Below are positions 22,036 to 33,491 of a stretch of DNA of 64,000 nt, piece by piece. A program made the translations under genes and the position numbers. Every line of letters starts with the position of its first letter. Positions within the stretch are counted from its first letter, which is position 1. This stretch comes from Octopus sinensis (Eukaryota): contig NC_043025.1 in assembly GCF_006345805.1 (NCBI RefSeq), forward strand, positions 10,168,001 to 10,232,000. Direction: 5' to 3'. Under the pieces are notes generated by a model. The model was not told the origin of the DNA and ran no database searches. It was given only the letters and a program-made list of their open reading frames with translations.

Positions 22036-25000
22036 ATGGAGAGTTTACTCCGTGCTGTACTGACCTCCCCTCCAGACCTTCCTTTGCCAACCAAAGTCGA
22101 CAATGTCCAGCAGAATATACCCACTCGGGCCACTAGTCCATATTTACATGCGGCATTGACAACCACTCTTGAACAAAGTCACGCTCAAGGTGCCGCTGAG
22201 CAGGCCACAGTGTCCCCTACTGCTGTCGTCAGCAGTGGCGAGGCCCTGGGAGAACATGAACCAAAGCAAAAGGCAGGGGACAGGGTCGGGACAGTTGGAA
22301 TTTGCAGCAACAGTGGAATTGACAGTAAGAAGCCATCATCTCTGATCTCAAACAGGCACAGTAAACTCTTGGAAGCTTTGACATCAGATTTCCGACTCTC
22401 CACCAGTCGCCTGCGAGCGGCCTTAACCACCCCATTGCTGTCACCTCTACCGTCATCGTTAATGACAACAGCACCTCCAGTGCCGCAACCACCATTAACA
22501 ACTAATTCACTGGTTAGTTCAGCGGACCCTAACACACAATCAAATGCTGCACCCTACAAAAGTAAGTTATTTTTGGCCCTTACATCCCCTCTGGAACATT
22601 GGGACAAAGACTCGGCTTGTTCAAAAGAACCAAATTCTGTCTCCGACTCAAACAAGACCCCTTGCCCCGGAAAGACAAGTGATTGGACAGTCGCAACTGC
22701 CACCAAGGCAGTAAGAAAGACAATCAAGCAAGAAGATGCAACAGAAAGACTCGATGCATCACCAGCAGAGATTGAACCTAAAAACACCACCACCGCTGTA
22801 GCCACAGGGTGGTGGCAGAGTTACCAGCATAGAAGTCCTGGTGATGCCATCAAATCAGAGCTTCCAGTACCTACTGAGTGTTTATCATCCTCATTTCAAC
22901 CACCAAGCAAAAATCATGCTACTCCATACCATTCTGAGTTGCACGACGCTGTCTTCCATGAAAGTGCTGAATGCACCAAGAGTCGGAGTGCACTTCTTGA
23001 CAGATTGCAAGCAGCTCCGGTGTGTTCTTTTGTAGATTCACACCATGAAAGCAAGAAACGAGAAATGCAGTCACGTTCTTTAGGGAGTGGTGAACACTTC
23101 CAGTTTTCTCCTGAAACGGCAAAGGGTTTTGATCAGAAGATCAAAACAGAAAGTACCACATTTGGTATTGATCAGTCTAGTCTTGAGCACAAGCAGAACC
23201 CAACTTGTGCTGTCGAATCCCTTCCCAATGTTACTCAAGTCAGTCATAAACTTGATAGAAACTCAGTAGTTTGTATCGACATCTCTGAAGAAAGACGACT
23301 TTGTAAGGAAGAATTTGATCCCCACAACACAAAGAACCTTGTCAGCATTGGAAATACAGAACAGAGTGGAACGTCTACAGATTGTGTTGCTGTGTCTGTA
23401 GAAAGACAACTCAGTAAAGAAGAAGAAGTTATTCCACAAAATGAAAAGAACGTTGTTAAAATTGGCCCCAAGATGAAGCGTATGCACTTCCGAAAGAAAC
23501 TGCTCACTCGATCAAAGAGTCCCTCAAGGCCGTCTGGCATTTCTGTTGCCAAAAAGCGCAAGTTCCTGGATCATTGCAAAAGCAGGCTTGAAAATTCCGA
23601 CCCTACTTTTTCTATGGATTCTTCACCATCACTTCTTGAACACTTGGTGTGTAAAAAGCAGAAGGTGGAAAACATAACAAAGCAAAATCTTGAGAAAGAT
23701 GAAGGATCTAATTCTAACTTTGACAATCAAATAATCACAGACAATTCTTCAGGTGAGTCACTGGAAAATTCAGTCTCTGATTCCATAAAGGATGATGACA
23801 ATTACATTAATGGTGATGGGGTTTCATCTTGTTTGACATTACAGGAAAATCTCCCTGAAAACTTTAGCGAATGCCAAAGAGAATATATATTGCAATCCAC
23901 AATCAAGGGGCCCAAGTCAGATGTAAAAGCCAGTTGTGACTCTAAATTAGGTTCGGCAAGGAATTCTTCCCCTTCAAGACCACCTTGGAAGAAGAATACG
24001 GGTTATACTAATAACAGTCCAGCTACAAAATCTCAGATACTTCGGGAAGCTTTGACTTCTGCGCCAATGTCTTTGCATAAACCAAGTTTAGGGTTGGTGC
24101 CAGTCCCTGAATTCGAGAAGATGAATGGTATGACAACAGATTTGTGTGACCCTGTCGCAAATAATCACTCAAGCGGCCAGGACCCATTGACCAAAGAGCA
24201 GGAGCAGGATCAGAACAAACAGACGGATGCTTGTAAAATGCCAAACGCAACACCGTCAGCATCAGAAAAATCCTGTAAGCCATCTGGCAACACAAAACAC
24301 TCTTCACAGCTCTTGTTAGCAGCTCTTACAGCTGCAGATGACTTGAGGAAAACACCAGTTTCAAAACCCATCACAAGACAGACAAATTCCGAAATACTGA
24401 GAGCAGCATTGGACAGTTCTGAAAGGGCTGATTCCTTAAACTATCACAGCAAACATTCACAATTACTGCGTGCAGCTCTCATTGCTGTCGACACTAATAA
24501 GGCTATTAAGGAGAAGACGCATGAAATTGGCCCCAAAAACTCCAACTCACGCTTATTGCGTGCTGTGTTGACCGGCAAGTACAGTCCTGAAGCAGACAGG
24601 TTTTGTCACTCGAAAACCTCGTCAAACCCCCCTTTACCTTCATCTCGGCATCTGTCTGTTGCTTCTGTGCCTCTCACAGGAAACAAGAACACACCTGTAA
24701 TCAAGCATGTATCACAAGACACCACAAAGTCGTCTGTCAACACTGGTAGTTCTCGGGCCAGTGGTCACTCTATATTACGAGCTGTTCTCACAGGTGCTCT
24801 CGACGTGCCCCAGCGATCTGTAACAAACAGCTCCAAGGGCTCTGCACCACAGGTACGACGACAATCAAGGAGAAGGAGAAGGAGGAGCGAACTGGACTTA
24901 AAGCCAAACCACAGCGGATATTTCCGCAACAGCGACTGCGACAAGGGCCAAACGATGGAGCTGACTTCTGCTGCAAATGTTAACGATGATCCTCAGACAA

Positions 25001-26214
25001 TAGACATCACCATGGAAACTGAACAGCCAAAGGAATCGACCAATAATGAAGCCAATTACAAAACCGAGCAACTCCAAAATGCTGAGGGCTGTGTTAGACA
25101 GCGTCGAAAGACGGGCGATGAATGCATCTACTGCGGTCGGGTGCACTCGAGCGATGACACCCTCTGGTTGTACACAAGTTTGTTTGCCAGCAAGAAGCAG
25201 CATCACCTCTGTCACGTGTGTCGTCAGACTTTTAGCATCACGTGCCTCTTTCTGCAGCATGTGGAACAGCATCATGACGCTCAGACGAAGTATCGATGTG
25301 AATTCTGTGGCCGCTATTTCGTTCATGTTCTCTCCTACATCATGTGCCGGCTGTCGCACATGGACGCACAGACGGAGAAGGGCGACGCCGGTAATGACAA
25401 TGACAGGCCATTGGAGTGCCAGGTAAAACATGAGAACAATCTTGATGTCCAGCAGGACAGCAAGGACAACGACAACAAGAGCAACAACAACAATAATGAT
25501 GACGATGATAAAATTAATTGTTTTTATATTCCTGCCAAAAACACTAATTACAAAGATGATAATGATGATAATGACAAGAAGACTGAAGATGGTGTCAGGG
25601 CAGATGGATGTTGTCGGAGGGAATCTGGAGATTCTAAGCTCTGCAAAAATGGTCTCTTCCAGCACCGTATGAACTGCTGCCTTCGTGAGACCAATGCTAC
25701 TGATGCTGCTATTGATGAAGATGAGTGTACGAGAGCAGATGCCTCTAGTGAAGAGCGTACAGGAAACTGTAGATGGCATTGTGAACTACACCGTCTCCAT
25801 GACCAAATACCCAACACCCCGACCACCAAAGACTGCCATGTCGACAACAGTAACAGCAACAACAATAACAACTGTTGCAATGATGAAAAAGCGTTTCAAT
25901 GCACAGCATGCACCAAATGGTTTTTGACCAGGAAGGAACTGTGCACTCACAGGCAGCTGCACTTAGACATTCCAGCTGGTGAGCGGCGTCACCATCAGGA
26001 GAGGAAACGCACATCGGATTTCCAAGACGACCCGGATGCACACCAGTGTTCTGCACCTGTTTTGACAAATATGCATCTTGGCTGCAACTCTTGCGGTGCA
26101 CTGCAGCAAAGCAGGCAAAAATACAGGACACCTTGTTTGTGGAATAACTGCTCTGGAGACACGGCTGTACAACTGCATTCGGACAGTCGCTGCCTGCAAT
26201 TGGTCAAAGACTAG
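22036..26214 (+). CDS. C2H2 zinc-finger protein, 1392 aa, long disordered N-terminus with repeated LL-x-AAL-T-like helices
   Basis: Uninterrupted 4179-nt ORF, start aagATGg. C2H2 fingers at 25210-25275 and 25900-25962, a CxxC...C...H variant at 25297-25359, a degenerate finger at 25123. Basic NLS-like tracts (KKRK, RRRRRR). SUMO consensus IKQE, IKSE, IKTE. Upstream exons cannot be excluded. Confidence 0.9.
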   Translation: MESLLRAVLTSPPDLPLPTKVDNVQQNIPTRATSPYLHAALTTTLEQSHAQGAAEQATVSPTAVVSSGEALGEHEPKQKAGDRVGTVGICSNSGIDSKKPSSLISNRHSKLLEALTSDFRLSTSRLRAALTTPLLSPLPSSLMTTAPPVPQPPLTTNSLVSSADPNTQSNAAPYKSKLFLALTSPLEHWDKDSACSKEPNSVSDSNKTPCPGKTSDWTVATATKAVRKTIKQEDATERLDASPAEIEPKNTTTAVATGWWQSYQHRSPGDAIKSELPVPTECLSSSFQPPSKNHATPYHSELHDAVFHESAECTKSRSALLDRLQAAPVCSFVDSHHESKKREMQSRSLGSGEHFQFSPETAKGFDQKIKTESTTFGIDQSSLEHKQNPTCAVESLPNVTQVSHKLDRNSVVCIDISEERRLCKEEFDPHNTKNLVSIGNTEQSGTSTDCVAVSVERQLSKEEEVIPQNEKNVVKIGPKMKRMHFRKKLLTRSKSPSRPSGISVAKKRKFLDHCKSRLENSDPTFSMDSSPSLLEHLVCKKQKVENITKQNLEKDEGSNSNFDNQIITDNSSGESLENSVSDSIKDDDNYINGDGVSSCLTLQENLPENFSECQREYILQSTIKGPKSDVKASCDSKLGSARNSSPSRPPWKKNTGYTNNSPATKSQILREALTSAPMSLHKPSLGLVPVPEFEKMNGMTTDLCDPVANNHSSGQDPLTKEQEQDQNKQTDACKMPNATPSASEKSCKPSGNTKHSSQLLLAALTAADDLRKTPVSKPITRQTNSEILRAALDSSERADSLNYHSKHSQLLRAALIAVDTNKAIKEKTHEIGPKNSNSRLLRAVLTGKYSPEADRFCHSKTSSNPPLPSSRHLSVASVPLTGNKNTPVIKHVSQDTTKSSVNTGSSRASGHSILRAVLTGALDVPQRSVTNSSKGSAPQVRRQSRRRRRRSELDLKPNHSGYFRNSDCDKGQTMELTSAANVNDDPQTIDITMETEQPKESTNNEANYKTEQLQNAEGCVRQRRKTGDECIYCGRVHSSDDTLWLYTSLFASKKQHHLCHVCRQTFSITCLFLQHVEQHHDAQTKYRCEFCGRYFVHVLSYIMCRLSHMDAQTEKGDAGNDNDRPLECQVKHENNLDVQQDSKDNDNKSNNNNNDDDDKINCFYIPAKNTNYKDDNDDNDKKTEDGVRADGCCRRESGDSKLCKNGLFQHRMNCCLRETNATDAAIDEDECTRADASSEERTGNCRWHCELHRLHDQIPNTPTTKDCHVDNSNSNNNNNCCNDEKAFQCTACTKWFLTRKELCTHRQLHLDIPAGERRHHQERKRTSDFQDDPDAHQCSAPVLTNMHLGCNSCGALQQSRQKYRTPCLWNNCSGDTAVQLHSDSRCLQLVKD

Positions 26215-26242
26215 GAGAGTGACCGTGGTATTCATGCTACAC

Positions 26243-26783
26243 TGTCGTTACGTTCTGAGTTCAAATTCCGCCGAGGTCGACTTTACCTTTCATCCTTTCG
26301 GGGTCGATAAATTAAGTACCAGTTACGCACTGGGGTCGATGTAATCGACTTAATACCTATGTCTGTCCTTGTTTGTCCCCTCTATGTTTAGCCCCTTGTG
26401 GGTAGTAAAGAAATAGGTATTTCGTCTGTCGTTACGTTCTGAGTTCAAATTCCGCCGAGGTCGACTTTGCCTTTCATCCTTTCGGGGTCGATAAATTAAG
26501 TACCAGTTACGCACTGAGGTCGATGTAATCGACTTAATACCTATGTCTGTCCTTGTTTGTCCCCTCTATGTTTAGCCCCTTGTGGGTAGTAAAGAAATAG
26601 GTATTTCGTCTGCCGCTACGTTCTGAGTTCAAATTCCGTCAAGGTCGACTTTGCCTTTCATCCTTTCGGGGTCGATAAATTGAGTACCAGTTACGCACTG
26701 GGGTCGATGTAATCGACTTAATACCTATGTCTGTCTTTGTTTGTCCCCTCTATGTTTAGCCCCTTGTGGGTAATAAAGAAATA
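26243..26783 (+). mobile_element. SINE family C trimer (5'-truncated, 184-bp units) with 16-bp TSD
   Basis: Three units with 184-bp period, flanked by GGTATTCATGCTACAC at 26227-26242 and 26784-26799. Confidence 0.93.
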
Positions 26784-26914
26784 GGTATTCATGCTACACA
26801 TGCACCCATAAACACATGCACACATAAACACACTAATATATGTGTCCTGGCTCTTACATGTGCTGCAGTGGTTTGCATGTATACACCACATTCCTGTTGC
26901 ATACATGCATACTG

Positions 26915-27282
26915 CAGCAAGCTGGCAGAGTTGTTAGCACACCAAGCAAAATGCTAAGTGACATTTCGTCCATCTTTAAATTCTGGGTTCAAATTCCACC
27001 AAGGTGGACTTTGCCTTTGATCCTTTCAGGGCCGATAAAATAAATACCTATTTCTTTACTACCCACAAGGGGCTAAACACAGAGAGGACAAACAAGGACA
27101 GACAAACGGGGTTAAGTCGATTATATCGACCCCAGTGGGTAACTGGTACTTAATTTATCGACCCTCGAAAGGATGAAAGGCAAAGTCGACCTCGGCGGAA
27201 TTTGAACTCAGAACGTAACAGCAGACGAAATACGGCTACGCATTTTGCCCGGCGTGCTAACATATCCTGCCAGCTCGCCGCC
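26915..27282. mobile_element. Converging SINE C pair: partial + copy (about 26915-27045) joined to a - monomer (27045-27282)
   Basis: Head gctggcagag...ttagc on +; reverse-complement head ends at 27282. Confidence 0.85.
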
Positions 27283-27654
27283 AACCCAGAAGTAGTATCG
27301 GTAGATCGAACACACAGACACAGACAGAGCGAGGTTGATGCTATGTCGACGGAACGAACACACAGACACAGAGATGTCATCCTTATAGCATAGATACGCA
27401 AGGCTTTGATCAAATCAACGGGACGGACACACAGACACAGACATGGAGTACAGATACCTGCACACACGCAATCACACACACATTATTTTCTACTCTAGGC
27501 ACATGCCCATACACATATGCTTATTTATATATATATATATATATACACATACGTACATACATACATATGTACATACACATGTGCTTATATGTGTGTGTGT
27601 GTATATATTTATATGTATGTATATATATATGTGTGTGTGTATATATTTTTTTTT

Positions 27655-28053
27655 TCTTTTTACTTGTTTCAGTCATTTGACTGCGGCCATGCTGGAGCAC
27701 CACCTTTAGTCGAGCAAATCGACCCCGGGACTTATTCTTTGTAAGCCCAGTACTTATTCTATCGGTCTGTTTTACTGAACCGCTAAGTGACGGGGACGTA
27801 AACACACCAGCATCAGTTGTCAAGCAATGCCAGGGGGACAAACACAGACACACAAACACACACACGCATATATATATATATACATATATACAACGGGCTT
27901 CTTTCAGTTTCCGTCTACCAAATCCACTAACAAGGCATTGGTCGACCCGAGGCTATAGTAGAAGACACTTGCCCAAGGTGCCATGCAGTGGGACTGAACC
28001 CGGAACCATGTGGTTGGTTAGCAAGCTACTTACCACACAGCCACTCCTGCGCC
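27655..28053 (-). mobile_element. SINE family A, full length
   Basis: Complete reverse-complement copy. Confidence 0.92.
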
Positions 28054-29623
28054 TATATATATATATAAAATGATGCTTTGCTGTATCTGTTTCAGCTCTT
28101 TGTTCAAATCTTGCCCAGGTCCACCTCTGTGGTAGGCTTCATCCATTGCTCATTATAACACCACCACCACCACCATCATCACCATCACTACCACCACCAT
28201 CTGACACCCTGGACTGGGTGCCTCTTGTAGAGTCCACTCTGTTGTAGGCATTTGTGCCAGGGCCCCCCCCCCCGGTTTGAGGATACCCTCCGCCCACCCA
28301 CCCACTTTGCAGACCCTGTAAAGGGTCATGGTATAGGGTACTACCTTCCCTTCTGACTAAATGATTGAAAAGATATATAAATACATATCTATATTTATAG
28401 ACATATATATATATATATATATATACACACACTCATACATACATATATACCCATATACACACACACACACATATATATATACTTTAAATATGTGCACATC
28501 TTTCTTTCATACACATTCATACATTTTCTGTATATATCATCATCAGTATCATAACCATCATCATCATTAACTTCATCAGTTCTACAGCTGTTTCTCAATG
28601 CTACCATGGGTTGGACGGGTCTATAAATGAACAACTACGGGTTTTGGTCCTCCCCCCATTTTCTTCCATTTAAAAATATATTTATTTTCTTTTTTATTTT
28701 TTTATTTAAATTGTTTTTTAATTTATTTTGTTTTTGGTCCTAATCAGGAGAGGGGAATGGTAGTACCCAGGATTTCTCCTCCCACCAAGACTCCCAAGTT
28801 ACCCTAAATAAGTAGCAAGATGTTCTCTTCAGTCTCGGATCCTGGGCCCTAAATACTTTCAACAACACCTCAGAGTCACTCTCATTGGTGGCCATGGTGA
28901 CACCAGTGTTGTTAAATTAGATAACATATTAAGTTAATTATCTGAAAACCAGAGCTGGTTTCCCTTCCTGTTGACCAACGGGTTTCCACCCAGTTTCTTT
29001 CTATCAACCCTTAATTCCACTCAGTGAGGACTTTAGTCAACCTGAAGCACATGATTTAAATATAAAAAAAAAAGACACTTACTCCAAATATATCAGCTAA
29101 GCCTGGGATGGAACCTGAAACTGCATAGTCGTGAGGCTGTTAACCCAATGTCTTAACTACGGCGCCATGTATGTCTATGTGTAACTATATGTGTATGCAC
29201 TTTCCCACCGCTGATGTTCTAGGTTCAATCCTACTTCATGGCATCTTGGAAAAGTGTCTTCTACTGTAACCTCAGATTGACCAAAGCCTTGTGAATGGAT
29301 TTCGTAGAAGGAAACTGATAGAAGCCTTTTATATATATATGTGTGTGTGTGTGTGTGTATCATCATCACCATTTAATATCCGTCTTCCATGCTAGGTTGA
29401 AAACATATCTGGCCACAGGAAAATATTACCTTGCTTGGAAAACAGGTGAGGGTTGGCAACAGGAAGGGCATCCAGCTCAACAAATTCTGTCCAACACATG
29501 CAAGCATAGAAAAGTGGACAGCACAAACATACACATCAAGACACATGATTATACATACATACATACATACATACACACATACATACATGTACACAAAGAA
29601 CCCTGTATGTTGTTTCTCAACCA

Positions 29624-31021
29624 GCTAGAAATAGCAGCCAAATCTATCCGCACATAGCATCACCCTGCCATCACCTTCAATAAGGGACACAGGAATAGTA
29701 TAATCCTTGGTACTCTTAGGTGTTATAGATGAAACAAACTTTGATTCCTGTTGATCTGGGGCTAAACAACTGCAACAACAATGGTAACCCTAACATATCC
29801 ATGAGCCGACAAGAAAGGAGCCTCTACATGGTCATGAAATATGCTAGAAATAGCAGCCAAATTTTTCTTGTGGTACACTAGAAGACAGACAACACATTAG
29901 CTGGTGTAGTCCTTGATGCATGCTACCTGGCAAGGAAGAGGACACCCCCGTACCACCACTACACTGGAATGTCTTTGATCATTGGTATTCTTGACCAGGG
30001 CTGACCTGGGGCTAAATGACGAACTGAAATACTCCCTCCACCATCACAACACCATGAAAGCCATTACATCAATATCATCAATAACAACGCTACCTTGCCT
30101 GCATTGTCATCCACCTCCATCATCATCGCCATCACAACCAGCGACATTTGAATGAGCCAGTGAGGGCACATGCTAGAAATAGCAGCCAAAGTCCCTCAAA
30201 TCACACACACACCCTTTTTTTTTTTTTTTTTTTTTTTTTTGAAGGACCACATTGGCCAGTGGTAGTCCTTCATATATAATGACAGATCTGTTATGACTGT
30301 AATATCTTCAATCATAGATCTGCCAAACCAAAATGATCTGGAGCTAAACCCCAAAATTTGTATAAAAGGAACTGCTACATGGTTTTTCAGCCTGCTAGAA
30401 ATAGCAACCAGATCTTAAATGTACGCACCACTGTTAAAAAAAAAAGAGAACAACACATTGGAAATAATATAATCCATAATGCATTATACTTAAAAAAAAA
30501 AAAAAAACAGGTTGGTTGGTCACAGTTGGAATGTCTTCAATCAAATATCTACCCAATCTGGATTTAACCTGAAGTTAACATCAAGAATGAGAAAAGCTTC
30601 CATGAGATTGCTTCACATGTTAGAAATAGCAGCCAAAACCCTCCTTGAAAGCATGAAATGTCAGACAAGATGTTCTCGTCCGTGAAAAACTGCATTCAAG
30701 GGCAGGATGATCATCGCTGAAAATACCAGAAATAACAGCCAAAACTTCCTTAAAACATGATCTCGGGATAATTCTAGTCTGTGAAGACACTAAGTATAAG
30801 ATTGGATGGTCATAGTTGGAAATGCCTCTGGTCATTAGTCTACTGGATTAATGAACAGAAAAGCCCTCTATATGCTGAAAATAGCAACCAAGCCTTCCTT
30901 AAAACATGAAAGACTCATGTTGAGATATTCTAGTCCATGAAAACACTAAGTTTAAGATTGGATAGTCATGGCTGGAAATGCCTTTGGATAACAATGTGTG
31001 AAAGAGGCAATATACTTATGG
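29624..31021 (+). repeat. Cluster of diverged copies of the dispersed GCTAGAAATAGCAGCCAAA family
   Basis: Motif at 29624, 29843, 30172, 30394 and 30619, with shared downstream blocks (tagtcct, ctggaatgtctttgatc, gacctggggctaaa). Confidence 0.75.
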
Positions 31022-31980
31022 AAAATAGCAGCTAAACTTGCTTTATGATACGAATGACTCATTTTGAGATACTTTAGTCCATGGAGACACTAAGTTTAAG
31101 ATTGGATAGTCATGGCTGGAAATGCCTTTGGATAACAAAGGTAATATACTTACAGAAAATAGCAGCTAAACTTTCTTTATGATATGAAGGACTCATTTTG
31201 AGATACTTTAGTCCATGGAGACACTAAGTTTAAGATTGGATAGTCATGGCTGGAAATGCCTTTGGATAACAAAGGTAATATACTTACAGAAAATAGCAGC
31301 TAAACTTTCTTTATGATATGAAGGACTCATTTTGAGATACTTTAGTCCATGGAGACACTAAGTTTAAGATTGGATAGTCATGGCTGGAAATGCCTTTGGA
31401 TAACAAAGGTAATATACTTACAAAAAATAGCAGCTAAACTTTCTTTATGATATGAAGGACTCATTTTGAGATACTTTAGTCCATGGAGACACTAAGTTTA
31501 AGATTGGATAGTCATGGCTGGAAATGCCTTTGGATAACAAAGGTAATATACTTACAGAAAATAGCAGCTAAACTTTCTTTATGATATGAAGGACTCATTT
31601 TGAGATACTTTAGTCCATGGAGACACTAAGTTTAAGATTGGATAGTCATGGCTGGAAATGCCTTTGGATAACAAAGGTAATATACTTACAAAAAATAGCA
31701 GCTAAACTTTCTTTATGATATGAAGGACTCATTTTGAGATACTTTAGTCCATGGAGACACTAAGTTTAAGATTGGATAGTCATGGCTGGAAATGCCTTTG
31801 GATAACAAAGGTAATATACTTACAGAAAATAGCAGCTAAACTTTCTTTATGATATGAAGGACTCATTTTGAGATACTTTAGTCCATGGAGACACTAAGTT
31901 TAAGATTGGATAGTCATGGCTGGAAATGCCTTTGGATAACAAAGGTAATATACTTACAAAAAATAGCAGCTAAATTTTCT
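31022..31980 (+). repeat. 134-bp minisatellite, 7 full units
   Basis: Exact 134-bp period (31026, 31160, 31294...31964). Unit ends alternate cag/caa over the last six junctions. Confidence 0.96.
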
Positions 31981-32631
31981 TTACAATATGAAAGACTCAT
32001 TTGGGGATATTCTAGTCCACGAATAAACTGGATAGTCATGGCTGGAAATGTGTATATAGATTATTGGTTATAGGTCTACTGGGTCTATAAACAAAAGCAT
32101 ACCTGTTAGAAATAGGTATACTAAGTTTTTGGCCTGTGGTTAAACAGCACCACCAACATCTGAAATATTTTCACTTCACCATCATGAACACCACCACATC
32201 ATAACATTTCATTCTACTGAGGGAACAGATTTTTTTTTTTTAATTTTCACTGCCATCTTTTTGCACATTGTAAAAAAAAAAGAAAAGACTACATCACAAC
32301 TTTTCTGACAAATTCCTATCTTTATTTATTTTATTATTACTATAATTATTAATATTATTTAACAAATTGATTGATTAATAAATAAATAAATATAAAATAA
32401 ATTTGAAAAAAAAAATCAACAAAATAATAAAAGTTTTTTTTTTAATTAAATAAAAGCAGAAAAAAATAAAGTTATTTTCAGTTACTAAATTTTAAAAAGA
32501 AAATTTGAAATTATTATTGTTGTTGTTATTATTATTATGCCTAATGTTCTTCAGCTTTCTGTGTTTTACATCTACACCAAGGAAGATAATAACATGAATG
32601 GCAAAATATATAGAGACAGAGAACTATATTA

Positions 32632-33022
32632 GGGATCTTTTCGGTTTGAACGGCAGATTTTTCTAGCGGTGTCATATGAAATTGTCACCCATAATTGTGA
32701 CCCTAGTATCGATCTATTGCATTTCAATCTGTTGTGAGGGAAGGGTATCTTTTTTCTTCACAAATGTAAATAAACCCAATCTGTTTCTTAAACGATGGAC
32801 ATATTCATACAGCACAGAATGTTTTTTACCTCAATAGACGTCACTGATTGGTTGAAATTGAAGAAAGAAAACAACAAATATCTTACAAACTATAGAATTT
32901 TCTCAATAAAGCCAAGAGAAAAAGATGTTTTATAAACACATTCTACCAGAATACGAAGTTTAAAAGTGTTTAGTTAAGTGGAAATTATTTTAAAAAACTG
33001 CCGGTCAAACCGAAAAGATCCC
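32632..33022 (+). mobile_element. Same MITE family with TA TSD, lacking the TTAGGG block
   Basis: TA-GGGATCTTTTCGG...CCGAAAAGATCCC-TA. Confidence 0.9.
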
Positions 33023-33101
33023 TATGTTATTCTGCAATTGTGTGTTCAAATCACTAGCACAACTGAAATGTTTAATAATGTCATTGAGCTTTATAAATTT
33101 A

Positions 33102-33490
33102 CTAGCAGAGATACCCGGCGTTGCCCATGTCACATGGAATTTAAGAATTAGACTTTTCTTTTAGATTTTCTCTAATGAACTGGAACACCTGTGATTCGAA
33201 TTTCATCAAAATTGCAGATGGAGAATTTTAATGAGGGTTCTATCCCTCTTTACACACCCTAACAAAAATTCTAATCAAGACACATTTATCCCATGCTACT
33301 CATCGTTATGTCCTGATTCCAAAATTCAAATCTTATGGAACCTATTGAAAGGTTTTTGCTCCTGAAAAATGGAGCTCTAAAATGTGGGGATTAAGGCCCC
33401 TATTGGGAGAGGGATCTTAAAGTCAACCAGAGAAGTTGAATTGTTCAAATCTTTTTAACTTGGGTCTTATATCAATTGTTCAAATTTCTT
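33102..33490 (-). mobile_element. Helitron-like 3' end and diverged body
   Basis: actagcagagatacccggcgttgcc terminus. The 5' end was not identified (interrupted by SINE A). Confidence 0.55.
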
Positions 33491-33491
33491 T

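Noticed and set aside
23750-23758. Consensus donor CAG|GTGAGT inside the zinc-finger ORF
   Set aside because: The frame stays open and the motif array continues for 2.4 kb downstream; no evidence of use without RNA data.
26243-26783. Ribozyme within the SINE C unit (retrozyme hypothesis)
   Set aside because: No C[UC]GANGA...GAAA core was found on either strand by eye. Other ribozyme classes would need a covariance-model search.
28139-28432. Gly-rich 97-aa minus-strand ORF
   Set aside because: Starts in (TA)n and ends in (GGT)n, with no recognisable domain or convincing splice sites.
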